Below are positions 48,647-58,665 of a stretch of DNA of 64,000 nt, piece by piece; the stretch's first letter is position 1; every line of letters begins with the position of its first letter. Made by a program: the position numbers and the translations under genes. This DNA is from Sedimentisphaerales bacterium. GTDB lineage: Bacteria > Planctomycetota > Phycisphaerae > Sedimentisphaerales > SM23-30. The notes under the pieces are model-generated. The model made no database searches, was not told where the DNA came from, and was given only the letters and a program-made list of their open reading frames with translations. The stretch covers positions 64,001-128,000 of the forward strand of contig CAXXMR010000027.1 in assembly GCA_963663805.2 (NCBI GenBank), written 5' to 3'.

Positions 48647-50434
48647 TTATTGGCAGTATTCTTTTATGGCGGCAATGAAGATTTCGGCGTATTGTTTGCA
48701 TTTTCTTTGGCCCACGCCTTTGATTTCAAGGAATGTTTCGGATGATTCGGGTTTGCTGTAGGCCATGTCGCGCAGGGCAGTATCGCCGAACACCACGTAG
48801 GCAGGTATGCCTTTTTCGGCGGCGATCCGGGTGCGTAATTGTCGGAGTTTTTCGAACAGTTCTTTGTCCACGCCTTGCCAGGATGTGGCGGCGACTTTGG
48901 AGATTTTGTTTTTTTTGCCGGTGGGTTTGAGCAGTCTTGGGGTGGTTTGGCCCTTCATAGCCTGCCAGCCTTTTGGGGTTACCCGGAGGACATTATAGTC
49001 GCCGTACTTTTCGATATATTTTTGGCCGGTGAGCTGTTCGATCCAGTCGCGGACGGTGCGTTGCGGGTGTTCTTTGAGCAGGCCGTAGGTGCTGAGCTGG
49101 TCGTGCTGGTTTTCGAGGAGACGCTGGTCTTTTGAGCCGGTGAGAACTTCAGCGATATAGTTGCCGCCGAATCGCTGCTCGGCGCGGACGATACAGGAGA
49201 GGATTTTCTGGGCGATAATGAGAGCGTCGTCTATAAAGTCCAGGTCGCCGAGGCAGATGTCGCAGGCGTTGCAGTTTTCGCTTTGTAGTTCCTGTCCGAA
49301 ATAATTTAGTATGGCCTGATGGCGGCAGGTTGCGGCGGTGCAGAAGTTGTACATATCGCTGAGTTTTTCGAGGGCGACTTTGTGGGGTTCTGGGGGCATG
49401 TCGGCGATGAGTTTTTTCCAGATAGCGTAATCTCCGCCGGAATAGAACAGGCAGCATTCGGCTTCGAGCCCGTCTCTTCCGGCTCTTCCGCTCTCCTGCT
49501 GATAATGCTCAAGTGACTTGGGCATGCCCGAATGGAGGACGAACCGGACATTGGATTTATCGATGCCCATACCGAAGGCGACGGTGGCGACGATGATGTC
49601 AACTTTTTCGGTGATGAAGAGGTCCTGGTTTTTTTTTCGGTCTTCATCTTCCATGCCGGCGTGATAGGGTGCGGCACGATAGCCCTGAGCTTTTAGTCGA
49701 GCGGCCATTTCGTTGACATTATTACGGCTGATGCAGTAGATGACACCCGATTCGCCTTTGTGTCGGTTGAGCACGGCGCATATCTGGGCGAAAATATTTT
49801 TACGAGGGGTGACTTTATAGGTGAGATTGGGCCGGTCGAAGGAGCCGGTGAGCATCTGGGGGCTGTTGAGTTTTAACTGGCGGGCGATGTCCTGGCGGAC
49901 ATGGTCGGTGGCGGTGGCGGTGTAGGCGGCGATGGTTATTCCGTCGAGGATGTCTTTTAATCTGCCGAGCTGTCGGTATTCTGGTCTGAAATCGTGGCCC
50001 CACATACTGACGCAATGGGCTTCGTCGATGGCGATGAATGAGATTTTCAGATTGCTGAGGGTTGCGAGAAAACCATCAGAGAGCAGTCTTTCGGGTGAAA
50101 TATAAAGCAGTTTAAGTTCGTCGTTGCGGGCTCGGTTTAAGGTGATTTGCTGTTCGGAAGGTGAAAGTGAGCTGTCGAGTCGTTCGGCGGGTACTCCGCA
50201 TTCTTTAAGGGCATCGACCTGGTCTTTCATAAGTGATATTAGAGGTGAGACAACCAGTGCCAGGCCGGGCATGGTTAGGGCGGGGGCCTGAAAACATAGT
50301 GATTTTCCCCCGCCGGTCGGCAGTACGACGACCGAATCGGTCCCGGAGCTAATGCACTGCATGGCTTCTTTCTGAAGCGGCAGGAAGCTGTTAAAGCCCC
50401 AGTATTGGGTTAATGCCTGTTCAATATTCTTCAT
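48647..50434 (-). CDS. recQ: ATP-dependent DNA helicase RecQ
   Basis: PTGGGKS, DEAHC, WGHDFRP, QESGRAGRDG, Zn-binding cysteines, RQC and HRDC domains. Confidence 0.96.
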   Translation of the reverse strand: MKNIEQALTQYWGFNSFLPLQKEAMQCISSGTDSVVVLPTGGGKSLCFQAPALTMPGLALVVSPLISLMKDQVDALKECGVPAERLDSSLSPSEQQITLNRARNDELKLLYISPERLLSDGFLATLSNLKISFIAIDEAHCVSMWGHDFRPEYRQLGRLKDILDGITIAAYTATATDHVRQDIARQLKLNSPQMLTGSFDRPNLTYKVTPRKNIFAQICAVLNRHKGESGVIYCISRNNVNEMAARLKAQGYRAAPYHAGMEDEDRKKNQDLFITEKVDIIVATVAFGMGIDKSNVRFVLHSGMPKSLEHYQQESGRAGRDGLEAECCLFYSGGDYAIWKKLIADMPPEPHKVALEKLSDMYNFCTAATCRHQAILNYFGQELQSENCNACDICLGDLDFIDDALIIAQKILSCIVRAEQRFGGNYIAEVLTGSKDQRLLENQHDQLSTYGLLKEHPQRTVRDWIEQLTGQKYIEKYGDYNVLRVTPKGWQAMKGQTTPRLLKPTGKKNKISKVAATSWQGVDKELFEKLRQLRTRIAAEKGIPAYVVFGDTALRDMAYSKPESSETFLEIKGVGQRKCKQYAEIFIAAIKEYCQ

Positions 50435-50523
50435 GTTGGGGGCATTTTAGGGTAAATTTATGGCGAAAACAAGGGTAAGCGTTCGTAGTGGTTTCTTTCG
50501 CCTGTTTGGTGGTTGGGTTAAGT

Positions 50524-50579
50524 ATGGTTTTTAGTGGTCTTATCCGGCCGCTTACGCGTCTCGGTTCCTGTTTGGGTAA
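50524..50579 (+). repeat. 56-bp REP-like repeat, copy 2
   Basis: Direct repeat of 48528..48583. Confidence 0.8.
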
Positions 50580-50904
50580 TATGCCTTTTGGTTACCGGAC
50601 AACAAGCCTGGGTATTCGGACCCAATAGGGGCAATTTTCGGGGATTTGAAAAAAATGTCTCAGGTTCAGTTAATATCCGCATAGATATGACAACCGTTAC
50701 AAGTATATGGTCTGGCATATTGGTTGTTACGGTTGTGCGGATTTGGCGGGGGCGGGTCGGTGTTGTTATCGGGCCTTTGGATGCTATTAACAGGGTTATC
50801 AGGTATGCTTTTGGCGAAAGTCTGGTTCTGGGCGTACCGACTTTAGACATAGCGTAGTTGTATTATGCATTACATATACCTGTCGGAAGGCAGGGGAGGT
50901 AGTT

Positions 50905-51366
50905 ATGAGTTCAGGCGAGAGAACCAGAGGTATTACCCTGGGCGAGCTGATGTTGATAGTGGTGGTTCTGATTATTGTCGGTGCTTTGGCAGTCCCTCAT
51001 TTGAGTGTCGCTTCCGGGGATCCCACAGAACGTGAGTTGCTGGGTAACCTTTTGATGCTTCGTTCGCAGTTGGAGCTTTATCGTGTTCAGCACGAAAATC
51101 GTTATCCTCAATTTAACGTTGATAATCCTGTTGAGCCGGTATCGGTTGAACTGTTTGTGACACGTCTGTCTTCCCGGACGAATTCCCGTCACCAATTAGG
51201 TGGCTTGTGCGGTCCTTATATGGAGGACTTGCCGGTTAATCCCTATAATGGGATGAGTACGCTGCGGTTTGGTACTACTCCTGGCAAGAACATGGCTGGC
51301 TGGGTTTATAACCCCAAGGAAAAGTGGCTTAGCGCGGACGACAGTGTCGAACATGCCCAGTGGTAA
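50905..51366 (+). CDS. GspG-like pseudopilin/type IV pilin
   Basis: RG|ITLGEL cleavage motif, LRSQLELY, GPY..LPVNPY; GGAGGT RBS. Confidence 0.85.
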   Translation: MSSGERTRGITLGELMLIVVVLIIVGALAVPHLSVASGDPTERELLGNLLMLRSQLELYRVQHENRYPQFNVDNPVEPVSVELFVTRLSSRTNSRHQLGGLCGPYMEDLPVNPYNGMSTLRFGTTPGKNMAGWVYNPKEKWLSADDSVEHAQW

Positions 51367-51569
51367 ACAGGGCCGATAACTGTTGGTTTTGCGTTATCCA
51401 CAAATGCAAAAAAGCTTCTATCAGGGCTTCTTTGCCCGTAATTCTATATATTGTCAAATAGTGATTTATTCGTGGTTAAGGCCTGTCGATACCCTGAACA
51501 GGAAATAGTCTTGCTGCGCCGGTCCGGTTGGCTGCGTTAGCGAAGGCGATAACTTGGACAGGGTCCGAT

Positions 51570-53660
51570 ATGCAGAAAGCGAAACGACATGTAATTCCGG
51601 GTGGGGCGGCGGTAATACGGACTCTGCTGATATTGTTTGTTTGTGGGGGTTTTGCTTTTGGGCAGTTTGGCGTTGCCGCTGACGAGGAATCGTCCGTTGG
51701 TTTGCGGGAACATTTGCTGGAGCAGATGCAGCAGATACTGGATAAAACCGGTTCCGATAGCGAAGAAATGCAACTGGCGATGATGCAGACTCAGATTCAG
51801 CCGGGCGAGGAAATACCCCAGGCAAAAACGAAAGGGGAGAATCCGGGCGAAGATTTGGCAGAGCCTTCGGCGGTGGAATTGCCCGCGGGCCCGCCTTCGG
51901 GTGAGATTTTGTCGGAGATGGCTGCGCCGGGGTCTGACGGAGTCAGCGAATCGTTGATGTTCAAGGGTGAGGTAAACGATTTTCTGAAGATGCTCAGTGT
52001 TTCGTATCGGCGGAATATCATCACATCGCCGGCGGTGCGGGGGCGGATTTCCGTTACTTTGTTTGATTTTACTCTGAAGGAGGCACTTGACGCGGTGCTG
52101 CCTATCAATGGTTATGTTTATGAGGAGAACGGGCCCTATATCACGGTCTATACCACGGGGGAATACGACAAGCTGCGTACCGCTGAGCGTAAGACCGAGA
52201 TGCGAACTTTTCATCTTAATTATGTGCCCGCGAAAGATGTTCAGGAAATGATTTTGCCTCTGGTTAGTACGGAAGGTTCAATTACGACCTCTCCGGAAGT
52301 TGCCGATGGGGGCCCGGCTGACAGTTGGGCAGGTTCCAACTGTCTGATAGTGCGTGATTATCCGGAAAATATTGAGCAAATCGCGGTAATTGTTAAGGAA
52401 CTGGATGTCAGACCTTTGCAGGTGCTGGTGGAAGCGACGATTCTGGTGGCATCGCTGAAAGACAAGAACGAGCTGGGCATAGATTTCAGTATGCTGGCGG
52501 GCGTTGATTTTCAGGCAGCCAACGGTTCGGTAGGCACGATACCGGAAGGGTCGGTTTCTCTTTCGGGGACCAGCAGCAGTATGGGGACAGGCTTTTCCAA
52601 TAGTGTAACGGGTGGTGGTCTTTCGATAGGTGTGGTCAAGAGCAATATCGGGCTGTTTATCGAGGCGTTGGAAAGTACTACGGATGTGGTGACTCTGGGC
52701 AATCCGAAGGTTCTTACTCTGAATCGTCAGGAAGGCAAGGTTATTGTCGGTAACCGGGACGGCTATGTGACGACTGAATCCACCCAGACGGCGACTATTC
52801 AGAAAATTGAGTTTTTGGAGACTGGTACTCAGCTTACGTTTCGGCCTTTTGTGATGGACAGCGATTATATCCGCATGGAGCTTAATCCGAAAGACAGCGG
52901 GGGCGGGGTTGAGGTTACAGGTAATTTCACTTTGCCTTCGGAGCAGACCGCGGAAGTGGAGACGAATATTCTGGTGCGGGATGGTGAGACTATCGTTATT
53001 GGTGGTCTGTTCCGTGACAAAACCAATATTACGCATTCTCAGGTGCCGGTTCTGGGCAGTATACCGGGGTTGGGTGCTTTGTTTCGCAGTACCAGCGATG
53101 ATGTCAGCAAAGAGGAAGTTATTTTTCTGATTACGCCGCGGATTTTGCGGGAGCCGGCAGCGTATGCGATGGGTCGTGAAGCTCGTGAGCAGGTAAAGCG
53201 TATTTCTCTGGGGATGCGTGAAGGTCTTATGCGGACCGGTCGGGATCGTTTGGCGGCGATGCACTATCAGCAGGCCCGTCAGCTTCAGCAGCAGGGTAAT
53301 TATGAGAAGGCTTTGCAGAAGGTTCAGTTTGCCACACAGATTAGCCCGGCATTTCTGGACGCTCATCGTTTGTATGACGAACTTAGCGACCGGGAGCTTA
53401 TCGAGGGGCAGACGGGCACGATGGAGCGTTTTCTGGAAAACCTTATCGAGAAGGAAAATCAGCTTTATCCGTCCCAAAGTCGTAATGTTGTTTATTTGGC
53501 GGTGCCGGGCTCTGATTTTGGCGCTAATCAGCCTATGCAGATTGCGGAGAGTTCGGGTTTGGTTTCGCCGGGCGATTCGGGTCAGGAAAAAGAAGCGTTG
53601 GAATGGATGCAGTGGCTTTTTTCTGAAGACGAGGACCGCGGCGGGGGAGGGGCTGACTGA
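51570..53660 (+). CDS. secretin (GspD/PilQ family) with C-terminal TPR-like extension
   Basis: LDVRPLQVLVEATI, ELGIDF, PKVLTLN, DGETIVIGGL, VPVLGSIPGLGALFR, FLITPRIL; start uncertain (51528 or 51570). Confidence 0.9.
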   Translation: MQKAKRHVIPGGAAVIRTLLILFVCGGFAFGQFGVAADEESSVGLREHLLEQMQQILDKTGSDSEEMQLAMMQTQIQPGEEIPQAKTKGENPGEDLAEPSAVELPAGPPSGEILSEMAAPGSDGVSESLMFKGEVNDFLKMLSVSYRRNIITSPAVRGRISVTLFDFTLKEALDAVLPINGYVYEENGPYITVYTTGEYDKLRTAERKTEMRTFHLNYVPAKDVQEMILPLVSTEGSITTSPEVADGGPADSWAGSNCLIVRDYPENIEQIAVIVKELDVRPLQVLVEATILVASLKDKNELGIDFSMLAGVDFQAANGSVGTIPEGSVSLSGTSSSMGTGFSNSVTGGGLSIGVVKSNIGLFIEALESTTDVVTLGNPKVLTLNRQEGKVIVGNRDGYVTTESTQTATIQKIEFLETGTQLTFRPFVMDSDYIRMELNPKDSGGGVEVTGNFTLPSEQTAEVETNILVRDGETIVIGGLFRDKTNITHSQVPVLGSIPGLGALFRSTSDDVSKEEVIFLITPRILREPAAYAMGREAREQVKRISLGMREGLMRTGRDRLAAMHYQQARQLQQQGNYEKALQKVQFATQISPAFLDAHRLYDELSDRELIEGQTGTMERFLENLIEKENQLYPSQSRNVVYLAVPGSDFGANQPMQIAESSGLVSPGDSGQEKEALEWMQWLFSEDEDRGGGGAD

Positions 53661-54892
53661 TGGACAGGAATATTATTATGTTGGCCAAGTCCAATACAAT
53701 ACGAGTTTTGGTAATGGTTGTCTGGTTGAGCGTGCTGTTGTGCGGCTGTCAGGGTGATTTTAAGGCGGACAAGGAAGCGGCGGTTAAGCGTTGGAATAGT
53801 TCACGGTCAGAGATGACGATGCGTCTGGCGAGGCAGGAGTTTGATGCGGGTGATTTTGGGAAAGCTTTGCAGAACGTTCAGACGGCCGCGGCGCTGAACC
53901 CGGACGAACCCGGTCTTGATTTTCTGCGGGGACGTATTCATCTGGAGCAGAATCATCTGCGTCAGGCGAGAGCGTCGTTTGAAAACTGTTTGAGTAAAGA
54001 GGCAGGGAACCATCAGGCGTATTATTATCTGGGCATAATCGCTGAGCGTGAGAATGATTTGCGTGAGGCGTTTAATAGTTATCGTGCCGCTTTGGGGGCT
54101 GACCGGGATAATGCATCGTATCTGCGGGCTCTGGCGGAAACTCTGGCTCATCTGGACCAGCACGAGCAGGTTATTCGTCTGGTTGATTCTCATTTGGCTG
54201 GCGGTGGTCAGGATGCCGGATTGATGATGCTGGCTGGTCAGAGTCTGAGTTTGCAAAAGGAATACAAGCGTGCGGCCTTGATGTTTGACCAGGCCCGCAT
54301 GGTTAATCCTGATGATATTCTGGCGGCTGAGAGTTCCGCTCTGGCCCATTACCGGGCGGGCGAGTATGAGCAGGCCCGTGCGGGGTTTGAGAGTCTGGAA
54401 AGTTTGGCGGTCGCCCAGGGTCGGCAGTTGAATGTGGGCTGTGAGTTGGCGTGGGGTGATTGTCTGGCGGCTTTGGGTCAGTATCGTCAGGCACGTCAGT
54501 GTTATGAAAAAATTCGCAGTGAGCAGGGCGAGAAACACTATTTGTGGACCCGGCTGGGGCAGACTGCTTTAGCCCGGGGCGATTTGAAGCAGGCCCGTGA
54601 TTACGCGAAATATTGTCTGGCCCAGGACCATAGCGATAATGATGCTTTGCTGTTGTTGGGTTATACGGCCTTGCGTCAGAAAGATTACCAGCTGGCTCGG
54701 CGGGCCTTGGAAACTTTGGTGGACCGTAACGATGATGGGGCTTTGGCCTGGTATCTGTTGGCGCAGGCTCAGCAGGGTTTGGGTGATAAGGTTGCGGCGC
54801 GGAATTCATATAATCAGGCCTTGAAGCTGGAACCGGGGATGGCAATTGCTCAACAAGGATTAAGGCAATCGGGTAATGTGCGTCAGTATTAG
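53660..54892 (+). CDS. TPR-repeat lipoprotein
   Basis: Lipobox LLCGC and many TPR units; start codon overlaps the secretin stop (TGATG). Confidence 0.85.
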   Translation: MDRNIIMLAKSNTIRVLVMVVWLSVLLCGCQGDFKADKEAAVKRWNSSRSEMTMRLARQEFDAGDFGKALQNVQTAAALNPDEPGLDFLRGRIHLEQNHLRQARASFENCLSKEAGNHQAYYYLGIIAERENDLREAFNSYRAALGADRDNASYLRALAETLAHLDQHEQVIRLVDSHLAGGGQDAGLMMLAGQSLSLQKEYKRAALMFDQARMVNPDDILAAESSALAHYRAGEYEQARAGFESLESLAVAQGRQLNVGCELAWGDCLAALGQYRQARQCYEKIRSEQGEKHYLWTRLGQTALARGDLKQARDYAKYCLAQDHSDNDALLLLGYTALRQKDYQLARRALETLVDRNDDGALAWYLLAQAQQGLGDKVAARNSYNQALKLEPGMAIAQQGLRQSGNVRQY

Positions 54893-54910
54893 GACACGGG
54901 AGAATTTGTT

Positions 54911-56401
54911 TTGTCATTAACACGCGGTTTACTGTTGAGTTTGATAATCGCGAATCTGCTAGGCGGTTTCGCGGCTTATATGGCTACGGAGCTGTCGCTG
55001 ATAAACACTCCCTACGGCGCCAGGATAGTAGCCTGGGGTGCCTTTGGTTTGATAACTCTGGTTAGTGCCTCGCTGATAGCTGGGTTGTGGTGGGTTCGTA
55101 AGCGTAGTTTGCGGAATGTCAAAGAACAGTTGGAGCAGCTCGATACGCGCAAGAAAATCGGTATGATAATGGTAGACAGCTCTGATGAATTGTCGGAGCT
55201 GGTATCGAGTTTGAATAATTATCTGACCGGCATCAATGCTGAGACCGTCCGGAAAAATCGTCGTTATAAAGAGCTGGAGCTTCAGGCGGATGTGGCGGAA
55301 ACCGAACGTCGCCATGTCGAGGCGGTGATATTCAGTATAACCGAGGCGGTAATCGTAACTGACCGTTATGACGAGCTTTTGCTGGCCAACTGTGCGGCTG
55401 AGCGTTTGTTTGATTTTGCTCAGGAGCCCTGGTATCGCCGGCCGGTATCGGAGGTTATCAAAAACCGCGAGTTTCTGGAACTGTTGCGTGGCGCCTGTCG
55501 AGGTGATTCGCCGCGAGTTGAGCGTGAACTGGAATATGAAGACCGGGTAAGTGGCCGGATTCTGACGCTGCGGATAACCCTTTCGAGTGTATTGAGCAGT
55601 CACGGTGAGAATCTGGGCGTAGTGGCGGTCATTAACGATTATACGAACGAAAAAGAAATCAGCCGCATGAAAGATGAGTTTATCAGTCTGGTTTCGCATG
55701 AGTTCAAGACGCCGCTGGCGAGTATTCGTGCCTATGCGGAAATGATATCCGATGGCGAAGTGGAAAATGAAAAAGTTCGTTGTTCGTTTGGCGAGATAAT
55801 TCAGAAGGAGTCGGTGCGTTTGAATCGTCTGATAGACAATATTCTGGACATTTCGCGGATTGAATCGGGCACTCAGGTTATCAGGCCGGACAATGTGAAT
55901 GTGTCGCATATAGGGCGTGAAGTGGTTCAGGCGATGAACTCTGTGGCATTGGATAAGCGTATTACTATCAGGGTTGATACTTCAGAAGAAGTTTGTGCTG
56001 AGGTTGACAGCGATATGATTCATCATGCCGTGACGAATCTGGTTGGTAACGCGGTGAAATATTCTCCGGCGGAATCCACGGTTACGCTGAATGTTTATGC
56101 CGGTTCTGCTGATACGGTGGTGATTGAAGTTGGCGACGAGGGGCCGGGTATTGCCGCGGATATGCAGAGTCGAATATTCGAGAAATTTTACCGGGCGGAT
56201 GAACATCGTCAGTTGGCCCAGGGTTCGGGACTGGGGCTGCATCTGGTCAAGCAGATTGTCGAGAGTCTTCATCAGGGCGAGATACGTTTGAGTAGTTCAC
56301 CGGGCCGGGGCAGTACGTTTACGATTATTTTGCCGGTTCACCAGAGTCGAGAGGTCGCCGAGGAAACAGAACCAGCGTTGGTCGTGGGTAATCAAATTTG
56401 A
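54911..56401 (+). CDS. membrane PAS-domain sensor histidine kinase
   Basis: Two TMs, PAS, VSHEFKTPL H-box, NAVKYS, DEGPG, GSGLGL. Confidence 0.93.
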   Translation: MSLTRGLLLSLIIANLLGGFAAYMATELSLINTPYGARIVAWGAFGLITLVSASLIAGLWWVRKRSLRNVKEQLEQLDTRKKIGMIMVDSSDELSELVSSLNNYLTGINAETVRKNRRYKELELQADVAETERRHVEAVIFSITEAVIVTDRYDELLLANCAAERLFDFAQEPWYRRPVSEVIKNREFLELLRGACRGDSPRVERELEYEDRVSGRILTLRITLSSVLSSHGENLGVVAVINDYTNEKEISRMKDEFISLVSHEFKTPLASIRAYAEMISDGEVENEKVRCSFGEIIQKESVRLNRLIDNILDISRIESGTQVIRPDNVNVSHIGREVVQAMNSVALDKRITIRVDTSEEVCAEVDSDMIHHAVTNLVGNAVKYSPAESTVTLNVYAGSADTVVIEVGDEGPGIAADMQSRIFEKFYRADEHRQLAQGSGLGLHLVKQIVESLHQGEIRLSSSPGRGSTFTIILPVHQSREVAEETEPALVVGNQI

Positions 56402-56449
56402 AATTTGCCAGGCTACGCTCAAAAAAGAAAATAGTTGAGGATTACTAAA

Positions 56450-56836
56450 ATGATAGAGCGCAAACCAAAAGTTCTGGTAGCGGATGACGAAATTCACATT
56501 TTGCACGTTGTATCCCTGAAGCTGCGTAACGCGGGCTTTGAGGTCTTGACCGCACAGGACGGCAAAGAGGCGTTGGAGCTGGCCCAGGTGGAGCATCCGG
56601 ATTTAATTATAACGGATTTTCAGATGCCCTATCTTTCTGGTCTGGAGTTGTGTCAGCGTTTACGGCAGATGCCCAAGACTCGTGATATACCGGCAGTAAT
56701 GCTCACGGCACGCGGTTATTCGCTTGACGAAGAAGCGATGAAATCAGCCGGGATAAGCACGTGTCTGCATAAACCTTTCAGCCCGCGTAGGGTGTTGGAA
56801 CTGGTGAACTCAATGTTGGCGACGGCTTCGGTTTGA
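56450..56836 (+). CDS. single-domain response regulator
   Basis: VADDE, TDFQMP, MLTA, KPF; no output domain. Confidence 0.93.
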   Translation: MIERKPKVLVADDEIHILHVVSLKLRNAGFEVLTAQDGKEALELAQVEHPDLIITDFQMPYLSGLELCQRLRQMPKTRDIPAVMLTARGYSLDEEAMKSAGISTCLHKPFSPRRVLELVNSMLATASV

Positions 56837-56899
56837 AATATGTATATCAAATTGTCATTTTGCAAAAGTTAAGTTAAGATGTAAAGGAAGGTCGGGGAC

Positions 56900-58564
56900 A
56901 TGCTCGAAAACATTGATTTGCATCATGCTTGCGAAATAGAAGTCGATGGTGGTTCAGCGCGTTTTCAGGCTTGCCGGAATATTCAGGATATGCTGGCGGG
57001 TCTGGGGATTCCCTCGGCATTGTATAGTCTGGATGGCAGATTTTTACGTGTTTCGCCTCATGTTTCTCTGGATGCGGCCTGTCAATCGTGCTTGACTGAG
57101 CCATCGGGCCAGTGGCTTGATGCTTTGGCGGACCAGCGTTTTCATGCGATTAGCTGTCCGGTTCAAGGCTGTTCGGTCGTAGCGGTGCCTTTGTTTACTC
57201 GGAGCGAGGATGGCGTGTTTCTGGTTTGCTGTCTGCGTGAATTGAGCTGCCAGAAGACCGAAGAGTTGGAAAGGCTGTGTTCCCGGTTCAGTATAGATTC
57301 AACATTGCTGCATAGTTTAGCCTTCAAGGGTGTGCTTTCGGCATCTCCCACGCAATTGGTGATGTCGGGTCTTATCGAGACTCTGGCGGAAAAAACTCAT
57401 CGTCAGATTTCCGGTCAGCACGATCTGGAGGCAATCACGCAATCTCTTAGCCAGAGCTATGAAGAACTAACTCTGCTGCATCGCGTCAGTGACGGTATGC
57501 GGGTGACGCAGCAGCCGGAAGATTTCTTTCGGACATTATGTAACGATTTGCAGGCGGTGATGGGGACTGAGCAGACCCTGGTACTTTGGACCAACAAAGA
57601 AAAGCCTGATTTGGAATATCAGATGGTGGCTGCTCAGGGTAAATATGAACTGTCCAAAAGTGATTTGGATTTGCTCTGGGCGCGGTCTTTGGGCAATCGC
57701 ATCAATAAAAAACAGACGGTTGTTGAGAATAATCCCGATGACCCCGGTTGGCCGATGCAGGTGTGTTCGGTATTGGCGGCGCCTCTGCGGCACGGTGATA
57801 AATATATGGGGGAATTGATAACCTTCAATCGTCATGACAAAGAAGATTTTTGTTCGGCGGATATGAAGATGGTTGTTTCGATGGCCGCGGAGATGGCGGT
57901 TTACCTGGAGAATTACCGCCTGTATCAGGATATGGAAGATTTGCTCATCGGTTCGCTGCGGGCCCTGACCAGCAGTATCGACGCCAAAGATCCTTATACC
58001 TGTGGTCATTCCGAGCGAGTCGCTTATGTGGGCAGATGGCTGGGCGGAAAACTTGGACGGGATGAAAATCAGCTTCACGACCTCTATCTGACCGGCCTGC
58101 TCCACGATGTGGGCAAAATAGGTGTCAGCGAGAATATCCTGTGTAAACCCGGCAGATTGACCACAGAAGAATTTGAGCATGTCAAACGTCACCCCGGCGT
58201 GGGCGCCAATATTCTGGGTGGTATCAAGCAGATGGCTCATGTTATAGAAGGGGTGGTAAGTCACCATGAGCGGTTCGACGGTAACGGCTATCCGCGCGGC
58301 TTGCAGGGCCGAAACATCCCCCATTCGGGGCTGATTGTCATGCTGGCCGACTCTTTTGATGCCATGACCAGCCATCGTACTTATCGCAAAGCACTGCCTT
58401 TGACCTCGGTTATCTCTGAAATCAGGCGGGCATCTGGTACTCAATTCGCGCCGGATGTGGCTGAGGCGTTTCTCGATAACGATATTCGGGAACTCGCGGA
58501 GCAGTTAGCCCAGATAGGCCACGACAAGCAAATCGCCGACGTTTACGAACGCGATGAACCTTAA
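56900..58564 (+). CDS. GAF plus HD-GYP domain protein (putative c-di-GMP phosphodiesterase)
   Basis: AKDPYTCGHS, LHDVGKIG, HHERFDGNGYP, ADSFDAM; Cys-rich N-terminal region. Confidence 0.9.
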   Translation: MLENIDLHHACEIEVDGGSARFQACRNIQDMLAGLGIPSALYSLDGRFLRVSPHVSLDAACQSCLTEPSGQWLDALADQRFHAISCPVQGCSVVAVPLFTRSEDGVFLVCCLRELSCQKTEELERLCSRFSIDSTLLHSLAFKGVLSASPTQLVMSGLIETLAEKTHRQISGQHDLEAITQSLSQSYEELTLLHRVSDGMRVTQQPEDFFRTLCNDLQAVMGTEQTLVLWTNKEKPDLEYQMVAAQGKYELSKSDLDLLWARSLGNRINKKQTVVENNPDDPGWPMQVCSVLAAPLRHGDKYMGELITFNRHDKEDFCSADMKMVVSMAAEMAVYLENYRLYQDMEDLLIGSLRALTSSIDAKDPYTCGHSERVAYVGRWLGGKLGRDENQLHDLYLTGLLHDVGKIGVSENILCKPGRLTTEEFEHVKRHPGVGANILGGIKQMAHVIEGVVSHHERFDGNGYPRGLQGRNIPHSGLIVMLADSFDAMTSHRTYRKALPLTSVISEIRRASGTQFAPDVAEAFLDNDIRELAEQLAQIGHDKQIADVYERDEP

Positions 58565-58626
58565 AAATTACTTACGCGATATACAAATCCTTTCTTGACA
58601 GCACTTTATCAATAATAAAAAAAGTG

Positions 58627-58654
58627 TTGCAAATTCAATTTGCGCCTATATAAT
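58627..58654 (+). promoter_or_regulatory. sigma70 promoter for the ncRNA/tRNA-Gln/prs transcript
   Basis: TTGCAA-N16-TATAAT. Confidence 0.6.
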
Positions 58655-58665
58655 GTTTGTTTGCC

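Noticed and set aside
50712..50728. Possible sigma54 promoter CTGGCATATTGGTTGTT before the pseudopilin
   Set aside because: The conserved -12 GC is replaced by GT.
51394..51402. Perfect DnaA box TTATCCACA
   Set aside because: Single box with no cluster or adjacent dnaA/dnaN; not evidence for an origin.
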